From assembly GCA_010909165.1 (NCBI GenBank), contig VJWM01000238.1, forward strand, positions 1 through 64,000: DNA of 64,000 nt, written 5' to 3'. Numbering within the stretch: position 1 is the first letter of the stretch; each line of letters starts with the position of its first letter. Under the pieces are notes generated by a model. That model saw nothing but the letters and a program-made list of their open reading frames with translations. It was not told the origin of the DNA and made no database searches. The translations under genes were made by a program, and so were the position numbers. This DNA comes from Anthoceros angustus (Eukaryota; Plantae; Anthocerotophyta). Shown here one piece after another: positions 1-13,150 of this stretch.

Positions 1-2650
1 AGGATAGGTCCAAACGGCGGAATAAGCGGTGTCGTCGTCTGGGGCCTTTATGAAAGTGAGTGGGGTCGGGGATGGGATACTCTGTTGAGGATATCCTTAC
101 AAGGATCTAAATCTTATTCGATATCCTTTTTCCATCAAGTTCGAATCAAGGACAACGGAGATTTTCTCCGAAGCGTAAGTAGTGATGTTTTTGACTTGTT
201 GATTTTGATAGTTCGACTTTCATTCACATGGTGATTTTGATTTTCTCTTGTGCGGTTGATGTCTTTCTTTCGTGGTTTTAACCGAATTTTAACAAGGAAG
301 TGCATCTTGAACCAAAGCCGGGTTCGATGTTCCTGATCAACATGTTTCATGGAATTTTCCATGGGTCCCGAGCGTTGGTTGCGTCCATGAAAATCGAAGG
401 ACCTTGGGATTGTGTCATGTCGAAAGAGGTGAAGTTGATTTCGATGATGATGGCGGATTCTTTCACACGAGATCATCAATGCTCATTTGGGCGGGGCTCA
501 AAAAGGTAATATTGTTGGTTTAGGGGTGCACTTTGATTGTTCATTTATGGTTTTAAACGGAGGTCTGCTCTATTGTTTGCGGTGTGCATATTTTGCATGA
601 CCAGTTTGGAGTTCGAGGTGGTGAAGAGTTACATAACGCTCATCGTGGACTTCTCGTTCTCAGATTCGAGGACCTTTTGTTATGTTTTGGTTGTTTTGTA
701 TCTTTATCTTGTATGTTTTGGTTGTTTTGATGTCTTGTATTAAGCTCGCTTTTATTTGCGGTATCGAACGGCTTCAAAAATTATAAAGTGGACATGAAGA
801 ATTACCAGTGAGCATTTTCAAAAGGTCAAGATTCTGACGGATGTTATCGAAACTTTTAGAGTTATTGAACACTCTCCCAAGTGGTCCAAGCGACAAAAAT
901 CATCAATTCGGGGTTTTGTTCAATTCAACAATTGATAACCCAAGATCAAATGTAAGTTTTGTTGTTATTGGGCTTAAGTTTTGTTGTTATTGTGTTTTTG
1001 TGGTTTTACTAAGCTGTTTGTTTTTGGCTAGGCTTGGTATGCAAAACTCCGTGTTTCAAAAGGAATGTTGTCAAGGTTCATGAAGACCATGGCTGAAGCC
1101 GGGCTTGTTGGCTATTACACCAATAAGAGCTGTAACAATGATTACACGTTTGACGATGGCTCGGTGCCTTGATCTTTGGGAGAAGTGTGGTGGCCATAAA
1201 GCGGATCTTGGATTCTCAAGGTAATATGTTTTGAAAGCTTGTGACATTTGAGTCCTTTGTATGTTCCTTCACGCGTTCGATATGGTTTGCGATATGACCG
1301 GTCGGTCAAGCAAAGTACCGCAAGAGTCCTTGTTCCTGGTGAACGGCGATCCTATCAGGAGCTTTTGAACGAAGAACTGAATCGGATGCAGGATGATTTA
1401 AGGGGTGTTCTTCCGTCAACTGTCCTCAATGTGACTCCTGAAATTGTATTTTCTAGTCAGCCTGAAGATCAGCACCCCTTGCGAGTGCAACAGGTTAACA
1501 ATGTAAGTGTTTGAGATTTGTTGCAAGTTTGTAGGGACTTGTTTTGATTAATTCTGTGTCCTGACTTGTTTTTGTGTGTTAGGTGTCTGTTGCCACTCCT
1601 GTTGTTCATCATGAAAGCAGACCTTTGAACAATGTCGCCGAACGAGTTTTCTGCACCATGTGGTCCACTTTGTCACAAGTTCGAGTTGGTATTGTCGTTC
1701 CTTGTTGCGCCGCCATGTTGGATCTGTTTTAATCATCTTGGTCTCTGTTGTTGGGGTGGGAGGCTGGTGTTTTGGTTGCAAACATACCTCAAGAGTGGCC
1801 AAGGCATCGGATGGATAATGACCAACAAGGGTGTTCTAGTGAAATTCCATATGTTGACAAGGTTGATTCTTGTCTGTTTGTTTGTTTTCTTCTTTTGGAG
1901 TTTCGATTATGTTTATCTTGGCGGTTGTGAATCCTGCGACTAGTGGAAGCGACCTTCATCCCTCATTTCAACATTGATACGAGGGAAGTGGATGCGATGG
2001 TCCCTCTGTTGGAGCATTGTGCATAGTGAGTGTGATCATCATCCGGTTAACCAGGGGAAATGTGTGGCTGTGGTAGCACCTCTGGATATTGTGCACTGTG
2101 GTGCAAATGGAAATGGAAGTGGCTTTGAGCGGCTTGCGAGATTGCGTACGGAATTGGAGTATGATAGCGAAGCAGTTGGAGTTTCGGCAAAAGGATTTGG
2201 AGGCTCTTATAGAGAGCAGGCGTCGTTGAATTACGAGTCTCTAAGCAAGAGAAAGCCCTTGAGATCGAGGCGGAGAAATGTGGAGAGGAGACAAGAGCAC
2301 ATTAAGCATCAAGAAAGCGCGGCAGATGGGAGCAAGAGGTTCAAGGCTGCAGTGGAAAAGAAACGAGCGTAAGAATGTGCCTCGAGATATTTGCACTTCT
2401 GCGAAAATCCGTCGAGATTGGTAAGTTTTCTTATGCTCTTTATTAATCAGACATTGAAAATCAATGGTTGTATTTTATTAGGTTGTCACCTTGCGAGGGA
2501 CAATTTCGTCCAAGTCCTCGCTTCATCAATTGGTTGCCAAGAATGATCTTTGTACAGCAATCAAGCCAAGTGGTCGTGAAAATTACGTTTTCAATCAGAT
2601 AATTATGATCAATTTCCTAAATAAGGTGAGTATCATTTCTTAAGTATTTG
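1..2650 (+). pseudogene. Degenerate multi-exon coding remnant of unknown identity, possibly TE-borne
   Basis: Short GC-richer blocks alternate with T-rich intron-like blocks bounded by GT...AG (e.g. gtaagt near 173, gtgag near 2626). No recognisable domain. Confidence 0.2.
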
Positions 2651-3202
2651 CTATGATTATTTCCGTGTTTTCTAGTATCACTAATCACGGTTTGTGTCTT
2701 GTTTCGTTTGTTTTAGGTTCCATTGTTGTTGAAGTAGAGTTCAATCTAGCGAGTTCAATCTATTGGTATTTACTCTTCATTAGTTGAATTTGTATTTCAT
2801 GCCATTACGGATATACGAAACTCGTAGAAAAGGTTTCTTTGTTGGTTTTTGTATATCCCGGATCCGCATGAATATTATTTAACAGAAAATGTTTTTGTCA
2901 GATTAGCGATTTTGGTGGGATTTCTAGAATGAGCTTCTAGACCCAGCTGGTATTCACTTGGTCGTCATGTTTTTTACTCTAGTGCTCGATTTTCTACCTT
3001 GATGGTAGATGATTTTTACCCCACTTGTATGGTTCAGTTGTTTTGTACCTTGATGGTAGATGAATTTCTACTATACTGTAATGAATTTTACTCTCTGGGT
3101 AAAATAATGACCAAAAGGTCAATTCTCTCTCTAAAAATTACCCGCACCACCCGAAAAACTAATCAAGGCCGAGGCCCAGACGAGGCCGCGACTTTACAGT
3201 GG

Positions 3203-3460
3203 TGTAGGCATCCCTAACATATATAGACACTTTCTTATTTCTAAAATCACCAAAACCCAAGGACTCTATCTCCGACCTACCTATCCGGGGTCGAAAAACC
3301 TAAGGTTCAAAACAAACAAATTATTATCCCAAGGGCCAAGAACCATTCTCGTATAAAAGACCTTACCGGTGATTCTCAAAGCACTGCTATACAAACACTC
3401 TTAAAACAAAAAATCGCATCCGACACTTGAGAGGGGCTAGTGTATATGTGGTCTTCCACA
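3203..3460 (-). repeat. LTR (3' LTR of the minus-strand Gypsy element), about 258 bp
   Basis: TG...CA termini (tgtaggca...cttccaca). Near-identical direct copy at 17320-17581. Lies directly downstream of the integrase stop and a purine tract. Confidence 0.85.
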
Positions 3461-3474
3461 TACTCCTTCTCATT
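3461..3474 (-). promoter_or_regulatory. Polypurine tract (PPT)
   Basis: Minus strand AATGAGAAGGAGTA directly precedes the TG start of the LTR. Confidence 0.6.
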
Positions 3475-3493
3475 TGTTGGCGCCCTCGCCAAC

Positions 3494-6400
3494 TTATTGG
3501 TAATACTTTTTAACTCGCCAACCGTTGACTCTAGTTGGCAGGGGCGATCCATTCAACTGGTGCTGGATAGATCCGTTGTCGAAAACCTCCAAAACTTTGT
3601 AGGGTCCCATCCACCTTAAATGTAACTTACCTGGAAAATGCATGTATCGGTTATCATTCAATAGAGCCAGGTCCCCAGGGACAACATACTCTTGGCGCTT
3701 CAGTCGCTTATCATGCCATTCCTTCCTTCTCTGCTGAACATCCCGCATAACTTGAGTGCTTGTTCTCTCTGTGTGTATTAATCCAACCAACCTCTCCAAT
3801 TGGCTTTCCTCCACCGGCATTCGACTTGTTTCTCGTACTCTGAGGGTGGGTACTTCGAACTCTATTGGCATGACGGGTGAGTGTCCATATGTAAGGTAAT
3901 ACGGGGTCTGCTGTGTTGTCACCTTTTCCGCGGTTCGGTATGCCCAAAGTGCCGAATGCAGTTTCATATCCCAGTCATATGCATAACTGACCGTGAGCTT
4001 GGTCAGAATCTTGCACAACAAGCCGTTTGCCTTTTCGGTCAGCCCATTGGCCTTTGGGTTGTAGGGAGTGGTCTTCCTGTGATCGACATTGAAGTGACTG
4101 GTCATATTAGAGATTACCTGATTGACGAAATGCGTACCTCTATCACCGACTACCCAATGGGCACCATATCTAGTGATGATTTGCTCAAACAGAACTGCCA
4201 CCACGCCGAATCCACCTGCTTGCGCCCACCATCCGTACAGAATCTGGCTACCGTAATGTACCGGTTTTGGCGGGTCTTTGTTTGGATGGGCGACAAAATC
4301 CCCATTTCGAATGGTGCGTGCAAGTATGGGAACAAGGCCATTGGGTTGTTGTGGTTGGCTTGCCGACTTTTGATAAAGCCACAGCTTTCACGAATTCCTT
4401 GGCATCCTTGTACATGGTAGGCCACCAATAGCCCGCCCCCGCAAGTGACATGCGCGGCATAATGGCCCCTCCTCGTGTAATGAGCTCGATTGCTTGCCGC
4501 TTGGCGCGCACTCCATAACCGCCCCCGCCATCGGACCTACTCGGTATAAGTTCAGTGCGTGTAAGTGGTCTTGAGTAGTGGACGAGCGCCTGTTTTTGTG
4601 CTTTGGGAAGATGTGAAGGGATTTGACCGGTGCCAAGATAATCATAAATCTCCTGATATGTTGGTCTGGTGGAACCTCTCCTCCCCTTCTCAATCGATGA
4701 TGGCCCTCCACCCTTATTTCCTTCTGAACTGGTCTTCGCCTGTTTGCTTTCGACCTTCAGAAAACAATGTCTCATCGGGAAAATCATCTTCCTGGTTTCG
4801 TTCCACCGCCCTCGCCTTCAAGCGAGATATGAAGTCGGCGTTGACATGCTTCGCCTCTCTCGCTTTCCACCGTGAAAGAAAACTCAGCAAGAGATCCAAC
4901 GGCTATCCGCGTCCGAAAGGTCGTTTATTCACAAGGTGTTTCAAGGCAAAGTGATCAACAAACACAAATTCATATGAGAGGAGGTAGTGTCTCGAATTTC
5001 CCGACCGAGTAAATCATTCCTGCTTCGGCCCGTGGTGGTATACTTGCCGCTGGTCCGTAGTTGTCGCCGCATAGTAGATCGGAAAATCCTTCTTCTTCTC
5101 ATCTGCTAAGGACGATTGCAAATCAAACATCAACGAAAACATGGAATTTCTTACTCCGGCCTCTTAGCGTGAGCTGAGCTGTGTCGCTGAGATCTGAAGG
5201 CTTCTCCGCTCCATCGTCCATTCCCACTCTTGGTCCTTCCTCAACAAGCTCGTTAGTGGGCAGCCCGCTACAAATTTGGGACCTAAACGTACCACCATTC
5301 CTGTGAACCCGGAGTTCCTTTAGCGTTGAAGGTGCCCTAAGGGTGGCTATGACCTTTACCTTGTCCGGATCGACCTCGATGCCTCCGCTTGAACCGATGC
5401 CCAATCCTTCCGACATGCCAAGTAGCACTTTTCTCGGATGCATAATTGTGGTTCGACCGCCCAGACACTTTGAGGTGCAAAATGGTCCTTGATACCCCAA
5501 CACGCAGTAAGTCGTCAAGAAAACTTCCATAAAGTCCCTAAGGAAGTCCTTGAAGATCTTGACAATGGTTCGCATGAAAGACTGTGCTCCTATTAACCCA
5601 ATGCGGCGCTTGTAGGCATATGTCCCCAATCCAAAGTGCTGTCCAATCACTCCTAAGGTGCAGCTGGTTATACCCAGAGTACCCATCTAAGAATGAATAC
5701 ACCATCCTGCCTGCAACCAGATCTAGGATATTATCGATGAAGGGCAACGGGAAGTGATCCTTCTTGGTGACCTTATTCAACCTCCGCCATCGCAACCTGG
5801 ATTTTGCCCGTCTTTAGGTACCACCATTGAGCCACCCATTCGGTATTGACTATAGGATAGATCACATCCGCCTTGAGATACATCTCCAACCGATCCTTTA
5901 CCTTGAGGAGTACTGGATTTAACTTGTCGCTGGAATCTCATCGGATTGCTCCCGCCTGTGTCAATCCTATGTTCACCCCATCCTTGGGGAATACCCTTCA
6001 TGTCTCTCAAGGCGAAGACATCGATGAATTCTGCTGTTTCAGCCTTCCTCCAACGCATCCATTGTTCTTGAGAATTTGAGTACTTTCCCTGGAAGAACCT
6101 CAACATCCTTAACTTCATCACTGCACTCCACTCGGCCCAGGTGCGGTGCGATGCCAAACCTTCTTCCGGCTCCCGGTTCCTCTTCTCGCATGCCCCATTC
6201 TAAACAAATCCTCCGACGTGAAACGCGAACCTGCCTCCTTATCCGCTTTCTTCGCCTGCTCCCTCCTTCATTTCCAGCGTACCATGGTTACCTGCAATGC
6301 CTACCGATTGATCGTGGAATGTCTGCGATAATCGCTCCTCATCGACCATGAGATGTGAAGGAAATTTGTCTTCTTGTCTCTTTCCCCGACGTGTCCTCCG

Positions 6401-6950
6401 CCGAGGTGTATCCTTCCGTTTCGCTTGAGTCTCACCGACATGTCCTTACTCGTTAGGCAAATCCTACCTTCCTTGGTCTTGGGATCCCATTCCATGGTTT
6501 GAATCACTTCCTTCTTCCCCATTTGAGCGTGCATTGAGATCCACATCCATGTTCGACCAATTAAGACGCTATACCTACGATTTGTGCCGGATGACTACAT
6601 AATCCATTAGATAGGAATGGTTCCAACGATCGCTAACACCCCGTGAGTTCTCCACCGCACCATTCTCGACATATCGCCAAACGCAAAACCTTGTGTATGC
6701 TCAATTTCCAACCCCAATTTTAGCCGTTCTCTCATGATATTCACACCGACTGTCGAGAGGTACCCCTTTATGATGCATCCCGCGAAATTTCCACCTGAGT
6801 TCCGCCTTGGTCAACCATGGATACTAAGTTCAGAAGTGGTCTTGGTCCGGTATAGGAAGGCGTTTTTCTTGGCCGGGCTTCTTCAATGCCCTCCGACCGC
6901 TGCCTATACCGTGGGTTGTCTCGAGGAGTTGTCCGAATGTGATCATAAAT
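3494..6950 (-). pseudogene. Gypsy pol (protease, RT, RNase H, integrase), frameshifted
   Basis: RT KKDHFPLPFID...FLDGYSGYNQ; RH DHFALKHL, KHVNADFISRL; INT DRGTHF, PYNPKANGLTEK and GPY/F motif KLHLRWMGPYKV. Order PR-RT-RH-INT with no chromodomain. Confidence 0.95.
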
Positions 6951-7149
6951 GTTGGATCCATGATGGCCTCTCGCCAAGTTAAAGAACACCTCTTTTTTCC
7001 TCCCATCCAGTTTACGTTGGTTGTAGATTCCAACTCTAGGCTTGGCACGGTGGCTTCCTCGTGGGTGGTGGACTGGGTGGTGCATTGAACCGACACCACC
7101 TTGGCCTTCGCCAGCCTCCTCCCGGATCATATCCATAACCTCTCCAGAC

Positions 7150-9176
7150 GTCCGTGGAATCCTAACCCATCTTTTCCCCGCCGAAGGGTAGCTTGTAAAG
7201 TGTCTTCAATTATGTCCATCGCACCTTTTCCCCTTTGAATTTTGCACTCGTCCATTGGAACACTCACGTCTCGTACCTTCCTCGCCCATTGGTTCGTTTT
7301 GCCGGTTTGGGTCCGTTCCACCTCAAGCCGGTCGCAAATTTTGTCATTTCCCTCGCTTGGCCGGCGCTCCCCTCATCCGACCGTGGTCGTATCCACCTTT
7401 CTTCTTTTCCTTCCCCACGCCTCTTCTCCTTAGCTTTTGAGCTTGTTCTAACGACCACATGGGTACCTTCCCCATAATAATCACTATCCGTGGCATCTAA
7501 ACCCTCTAAGCTCCTTAGGGTCTTAATCTCGGCGTCCTCCCATACCGCCATCAACGCGCCTTCAACATGCATGGCGTGCACCGGAACTTGGCTCGCCACC
7601 GAACCCTCACTGGTGGCGCGCGATCACGGTTTTCGGTGTTTTGGCGAGTACGCCCGCCAAATGCCCCGCCGCTGCAATCTTGACATAGTTTATCAAAATC
7701 TCCATTGCACGAGTTGGATAAGGGCACTGTATAGTGTCCAAGGTTGCATATTGTAGCACAAGACGGTGCCCATTGGATTGTTACCCCCACCGGTTACGAA
7801 CGCCACTGGACGAAGTTGGAGGGATACATAGTCTTTGGGTACACTTGTTGATTCTAATTTGGTATGTATCCTCCACGAGTATCTTCCTCTTCCTCATATC
7901 CCAAGCAGATGCACTCTTGTTGTCGGACAATTAGCTTGGAATGTCCCCGCCTCACACGCTGAAGAGGTTGGCTCGGATTCGTGGCGCTCTCCTTCTCTCG
8001 TGTTCCTTGACCGCGTTAAGATGGAATTTCGAATTTTGCCATCATCTCTCCATCTTGTTCCCGTTGTTCCACTTTCTTGGCCGCCACCGCCTCCCTCCTG
8101 CTTGTTCCCGTCCTTTCGCAGACATCGCCTCTGTTTTGCCCTTGCGCCTCCTTGTCCTGCACGACCTTCATTTCTTTTTCCATTTGGCGCTCCTCATCTC
8201 GATGACGCCTCCGAACTGCCACTGCTTCCTCCGAGGAACTTTCTCGTGGAATCTTCCGTGGAGCTCTTCACCGATGAACTTTCTTCCGAGGAGGATGAGG
8301 ATCCCTTCTTTTTTCCGCCCCGGCTTCTTCTTCTCCTTCTTAGCCTTCCTCCTCCTTGGTTGGATTCTCATAGTTTAGCCGCCTTGATAGCCTTGCCCAA
8401 ATTCTTCTCCGCTTGTAACCCACGTGTCTCCCCATCTTAGAACCTGTGCCTTTAGCGAACCATCAGATGTTCTGCAACTCCGAGTGAGGGCCACTGATCG
8501 CAGAAGTCGTGAAACCTCCACATACGCTGCAAGGTTTCCTTCTTTTCCTCTCGCTTTTCAAGTTTGACAACACGTATCCCTCCACGCCAAGCCCCGAACC
8601 TCTCATGTATATGTTTTTAACTCTTCATAGGTTCTGGAGGTGTGGTGACTTGAGGTATTCGGCCTATACCACTACCGGACCTCAAGAACTCCATAGAACA
8701 ATTGAATCTGTGCATCTCCCGCCTCGGTTTGCAAATGTCACCGCTCAAAACGCTCAACAAATTCATCGTGGTCTTCATACCCCTTCCCCTCCATACAATG
8801 GTAAGGTTGTTAGGGTGACCACCACCGTGGTGGTGGTCATGACTATCGCTTCTTGCGATCGTGGTTGGTCCAACAACGCGGAGTCGATCTCCAACGTCGA
8901 TTGAAGAGAGGTCGTGGAAGAGAGGTGGATGGAATTGGTCCGAGGTTCCTTGGCGTGGTACCTCCCAAGTCCGAGGTTGGGGATCTTGCTCCAACAAGAT
9001 CGGACCCCGTCCCCTGGTTGATTCCTTACTTCCTTCTTCTCCCAACGGTGCTGCCTTCCCTGGATCCTCCTCAACTCATGGTTTGCAACCCTTTTCAACC
9101 TTTCCGGCTTGGCGTTGTCGCTTCTTGTGGTTTCCGTCCGACTTGACTCAACCTCCGACTCAACCGTGGCATCCAT
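7150..9176 (-). pseudogene. gag-like region, degenerate
   Basis: Position upstream of the protease, charged low-complexity frames, and a degenerate C..C...GH knuckle-like stretch near 7730-7770. Confidence 0.5.
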
Positions 9177-9294
9177 CTACCTAACTAGATACACTCCAAA
9201 ACTAGACACCTAAGCTATGGTTAGTCCCCATAACCTTGATGTTAGCTTTCATTCCAAGAACGGCCAAAAATGGAATGGGTTTTGCATCCAAGAC

Positions 9295-9370
9295 GCAAAG
9301 AGGCCACATTTACCCTCTATGTCGTTATAGTCCTAGGATTCGATCCCAAGGGAATAGTTTTGTGTCAAGG
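9295..9370. repeat. About 75 bp motif with an inverted, diverged copy at 14483-14555
   Basis: agaggccacatttaccctct...cccaaggga...gtgtcaag here matches the reverse complement cttgacac...tcccttggg...agagggtaaatgtggcctct at 14483-14555. Confidence 0.75.
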
Positions 9371-11109
9371 TGTTCTAAATCTATGGATTGTGGACCTACC
9401 CGCCTCGCTACTCCCACCTCTCTCCTACCTTACTCAAACCCACCACCGTAGACTGCCACCACGGGCCGATTCACACTGTGGCGGGTCCCACCACGCGCCG
9501 CCCGCTGGGGTCTATTCACACACTCCTCCGCGCACCTTGGGGGCTATGGGCTTACGTGACACCTATATACACCTCTCTACCTCTAGGAATTTCTGCGATT
9601 CCACCCACTCCCCTCACCACTTACGATTCGATTTTCCCTCACACACTCTCACAATCCCTCACAGCAAGAGACTAATTCATTCTCTGAACCTTTCTCTTAA
9701 TGCAACCTCCTTTCACCCACGGGCCACACAAACCTCTCCTTGGGCCACACAGACCCCCCTTGGGCCAGACCCCTCCTTGGTGGAATGAACACACCTGGTG
9801 GCGCAGAGAAGGGGAATTGAAAGAGCACCTGTGCTTGGGCGACCCGCCTTCGGCAGTCCGCCTCCGCGACTCACCCTTTTCCTACCCCGGCTGGCCACCA
9901 CTCATGCCCGGTGTGGTGACCACATGGGTACTGCACTTCTAAAAGGAGTGGAGTGTTTTTGTTTTGTGTTTAAGTTGTGAGAATCGTGTGGAGTTGGAAT
10001 GTGAAGTAGGTTAGGAAATAAGAAAAGTCTACTAGAGCCTAGTAGGAGGAAGAGAGTCTAGTCCGATCCCGGATGTCCTTGAGGGTTGGTCGCTTTGTTA
10101 ACGCGATGCTAGGGCCGCTAGGACTGTTTGACAAAGAATCGACTGGAGCTGCTATGGTAGCAACCAAGTCGGAGTTATTTTCCGATAAATTGGGAAACCA
10201 ATTGAGCGAAATCATTGGAAAATACAACGAAGTAACGGGGGGTCCTAGTAGCAATTAAGTCCAAGGAGGAAATAATGCGTGAACCGGCCGAGGCGCCACG
10301 CCTCCTGGAGCGGCGTGACGGACGGAGCGAGGACAAGGGTGGCACGAGTCGAGGCATCAGCTGACGAGCCACGAGAAGGAATCAGTGAGCAGTCCGGGGA
10401 TGCGGCGATTGAAGCGGGTAGAAGGGTGAGTCGGCGACCAGTATACCGAAGGGGAGCCGGGAGGCGAACGGATTCGAGAAGTTCAAGCGTGATGGCGGCA
10501 AAGAATCGCGCGCGGTTGGGGCGCAGTGAATTTCGCAATGGTGGGGAATAATCGGGCCGAGTAGGAAGGCGGGCGGTGGGCGCGCGGTAGAAGAAATCGA
10601 GGAGCGGGTGGATCATGGGCGAAGTAAGGGAGCGGAATTGCCAGAGGGAGGGTGCACCCTAAGGGAGTGCGGATTACACGAGCGAAGCGCACTGTGTCAC
10701 CGCTCAACTGGTTGCAGGATACACCCCCCGGACCTCATATTTGAGGAAAGGCGGATGGCTTGAGCGGGCGGCATATTGATACCAAGGATCGTGGAGGTTT
10801 CAATTCCAGGGTGCCGGGTGAAGCCGGACACGTAAAAACGGGTCGGGAAGAGGGCGTGAATCAATAAATTGTGGTGGGGACGTGCTTCCTGCCGGAGTGA
10901 ATGTGCAGACACACCTTGCCATCGTGAGTTGGAAGCCGACAGGCCAGGGGAATTCTCCAACAAACAAGCGAGCTAAGCGAAATGATGGGAAGTCGGCCCC
11001 GAGGAGACCGACACCGAAAAGGGAGGAATCTGAAGTGGGGAAGTGCTGTGGGTGGTGCATCGATAGCCGGGACTTTACTGTAAACTCGAGCCACGCCACA
11101 GTCGGAAGC

Positions 11110-13150
11110 ATGGCCCCCTAAGAAGACCACTCCGGTGGCCATTGAGGCCACCACTGGCAATGGCCCAACATGGGGCAATCGGAGAGTGGGTTCTTGGTGG
11201 CTAAGCATCACTTGTCCTTCATGGACAAAAAGTGGTGCTACAGAGCCTGTAATTGGTTCGGAATGTGCAGACACATGAGGGAGAAGGCCAGGGGAAGGCA
11301 ACACGAGAACCAACCCCGCACTGAATATTCTTGTTCCAGTCGTCTATGAGAGGCTCAAGAGGAAAGTGGTGGAATAATCATTGATCCTTTCAGAAGCCAT
11401 CTCCCAAAAGTCGCAGGAGGCACAAGTCGCCATTGCTCCCACATTGTCTAGGGTGGAGAATGGGTCACCAACAAGTTAGACCCCGGGCCGGATTAGCCAG
11501 TGGATCCTGTCCTCACTAAGAAGCTAGCACATTGTCACCATTTTCTTGTCTTCTATGAGGTGGTGAGAGGGTCCAAGATAGATTGGGCTAGGATGTTCTA
11601 TGACACAGATGCGTGAGAGGGACCACTTGACCCTACCATCACCCTCTATCTCCTTCTTAATCCACATTTTGACCATGCCAAGTTGCCGGGAGGGATAGAG
11701 ATGGTCTCACCTTCCATGCCCGGAGGCCGTGTTTGAAAGAAGGAAGCCCAAAGAGGAGTCGAGGAAGAGGCCATCTCCGTGGCACCGGGAGTGAAGATGA
11801 GAAGTCCAAGTGTCCATGAAGAGGAATGTGCTTGCTAAGGCATCACCATGCGGCTAACAAAGCAACCGGAGTTGCTAAGACCCCAACAGCACCAAGAGAG
11901 GTCGGGCCGAGCAACAGGGACTCCAACCACTCCTAGAGCCACAAGAGCACGACCGGAACTCACCCGGATGGCAGATAAAGGAAAGGCCAGAGCAGACCGC
12001 CTCAGGAGCCCGTGGCGGGAAGCAACAGTCAACAGGAATCGCCCAACCTTGGGCACGCCGAGTGACCCGAGAAAGTCACTACTGCTCAAGGGTGACCTCA
12101 AGTATACCCGGAAGTGGTCGCAGGGAGAGCCGGGCCAGGATAGGAAGGAGGGAACCCATCCCCGAAGGTTTGGGGCCTAACATCACCCTACAAGAGCCGG
12201 TCTCACCTATGGCACGCACTAGGTGAGATGGAGGACCGATAGCTCGGTCCTCTTTGTTAGGTTTACAGCAGCAGGGGAACAACAGGGAGAGAAGGAGCCT
12301 GTGGAATGAAGGGAGAAGGAGGTCTTGAGGGACGCCTAGGTAGCATGGAAGCGGAATTAAGGAAGGTCCGAGAAGAGTTGCGTGAAGACCAAGGATCGTG
12401 AAACCCTCATGGTTCACCTCCTGACGCAAAAGCACCATAGGGGAGCAGAATGTCATCTCGATGCGCAAGTTCAGCCGAAACTCTGGATGCCTCACGCGCT
12501 AAGAAGGAGAGGGACGAGGCAAGGAAAGGTTGGAAAGAGGCCAAGAGGGCTGTGGATTGCAAGGAGAGCCACCGTGGAAGATGCGGAGCCTCCATGGAAG
12601 AATCTCGAGTTGGCAACAAATGAGGAGGTTGCTAAGCAACCGCCGGGCCGCTAAGGAAGCAAACTCCTGCACTGCTAAGGGAGCAACAGCTCCAAGACCA
12701 GAGCTACAACAAGGAAGAAGGGGCAACAAGACCGTGAGGAGGACAACAGCTGGGGAGCGGGTAAGCACCGCCTAAGAAGTCTAACTTCCCAATGGTGCAT
12801 TAGATTGAGGGATGCTTATCAAGATAACCATGTGCCCGGATTCTCCGGAGAGAAGATTGTCTCGAAAGTTTATGTTGTTGTTGTGGGGGACATGGAGGTA
12901 CTTGATCCATGCCTTGACGGCACCGGATCCTACCTATGGGTTGGATTCTTAAGGAGGAAACTCACCGACCCATCCAGGATTCAAGAGCTCACCGAGGAGG
13001 AGTACTGACTATGCGGCGAGCACAAGAGAGAGAGGAGTCCAGCTGAGGAGGTAGAGATTTTATGGGAGAGATTGCCCAACCAGCCAAGAGGAGGAGAGCA
13101 AGAGGAGAACATGCTAGGCGGCCTAGGAGGCCTGGAGAGGTAATAGGGGT
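11110..13150 (+). pseudogene. Retrotransposon accessory ORF B (plant transposon protein / Athila-Tat extra-ORF-like), antisense to pol
   Basis: Starts MAP(K)KT with a 1-bp slip. Contains WPNM, FMDKKWC, VFYEVVRGSKIDWARMFYD, SFLIHIL and KVYVVV blocks, followed by a coiled-coil-like stretch. Confidence 0.55.

Noticed and set aside
3461-3500. Chromodomain after the integrase of the first Gypsy
   Set aside because: The ORF stops at KKYYQ* and the PPT and LTR follow at once.
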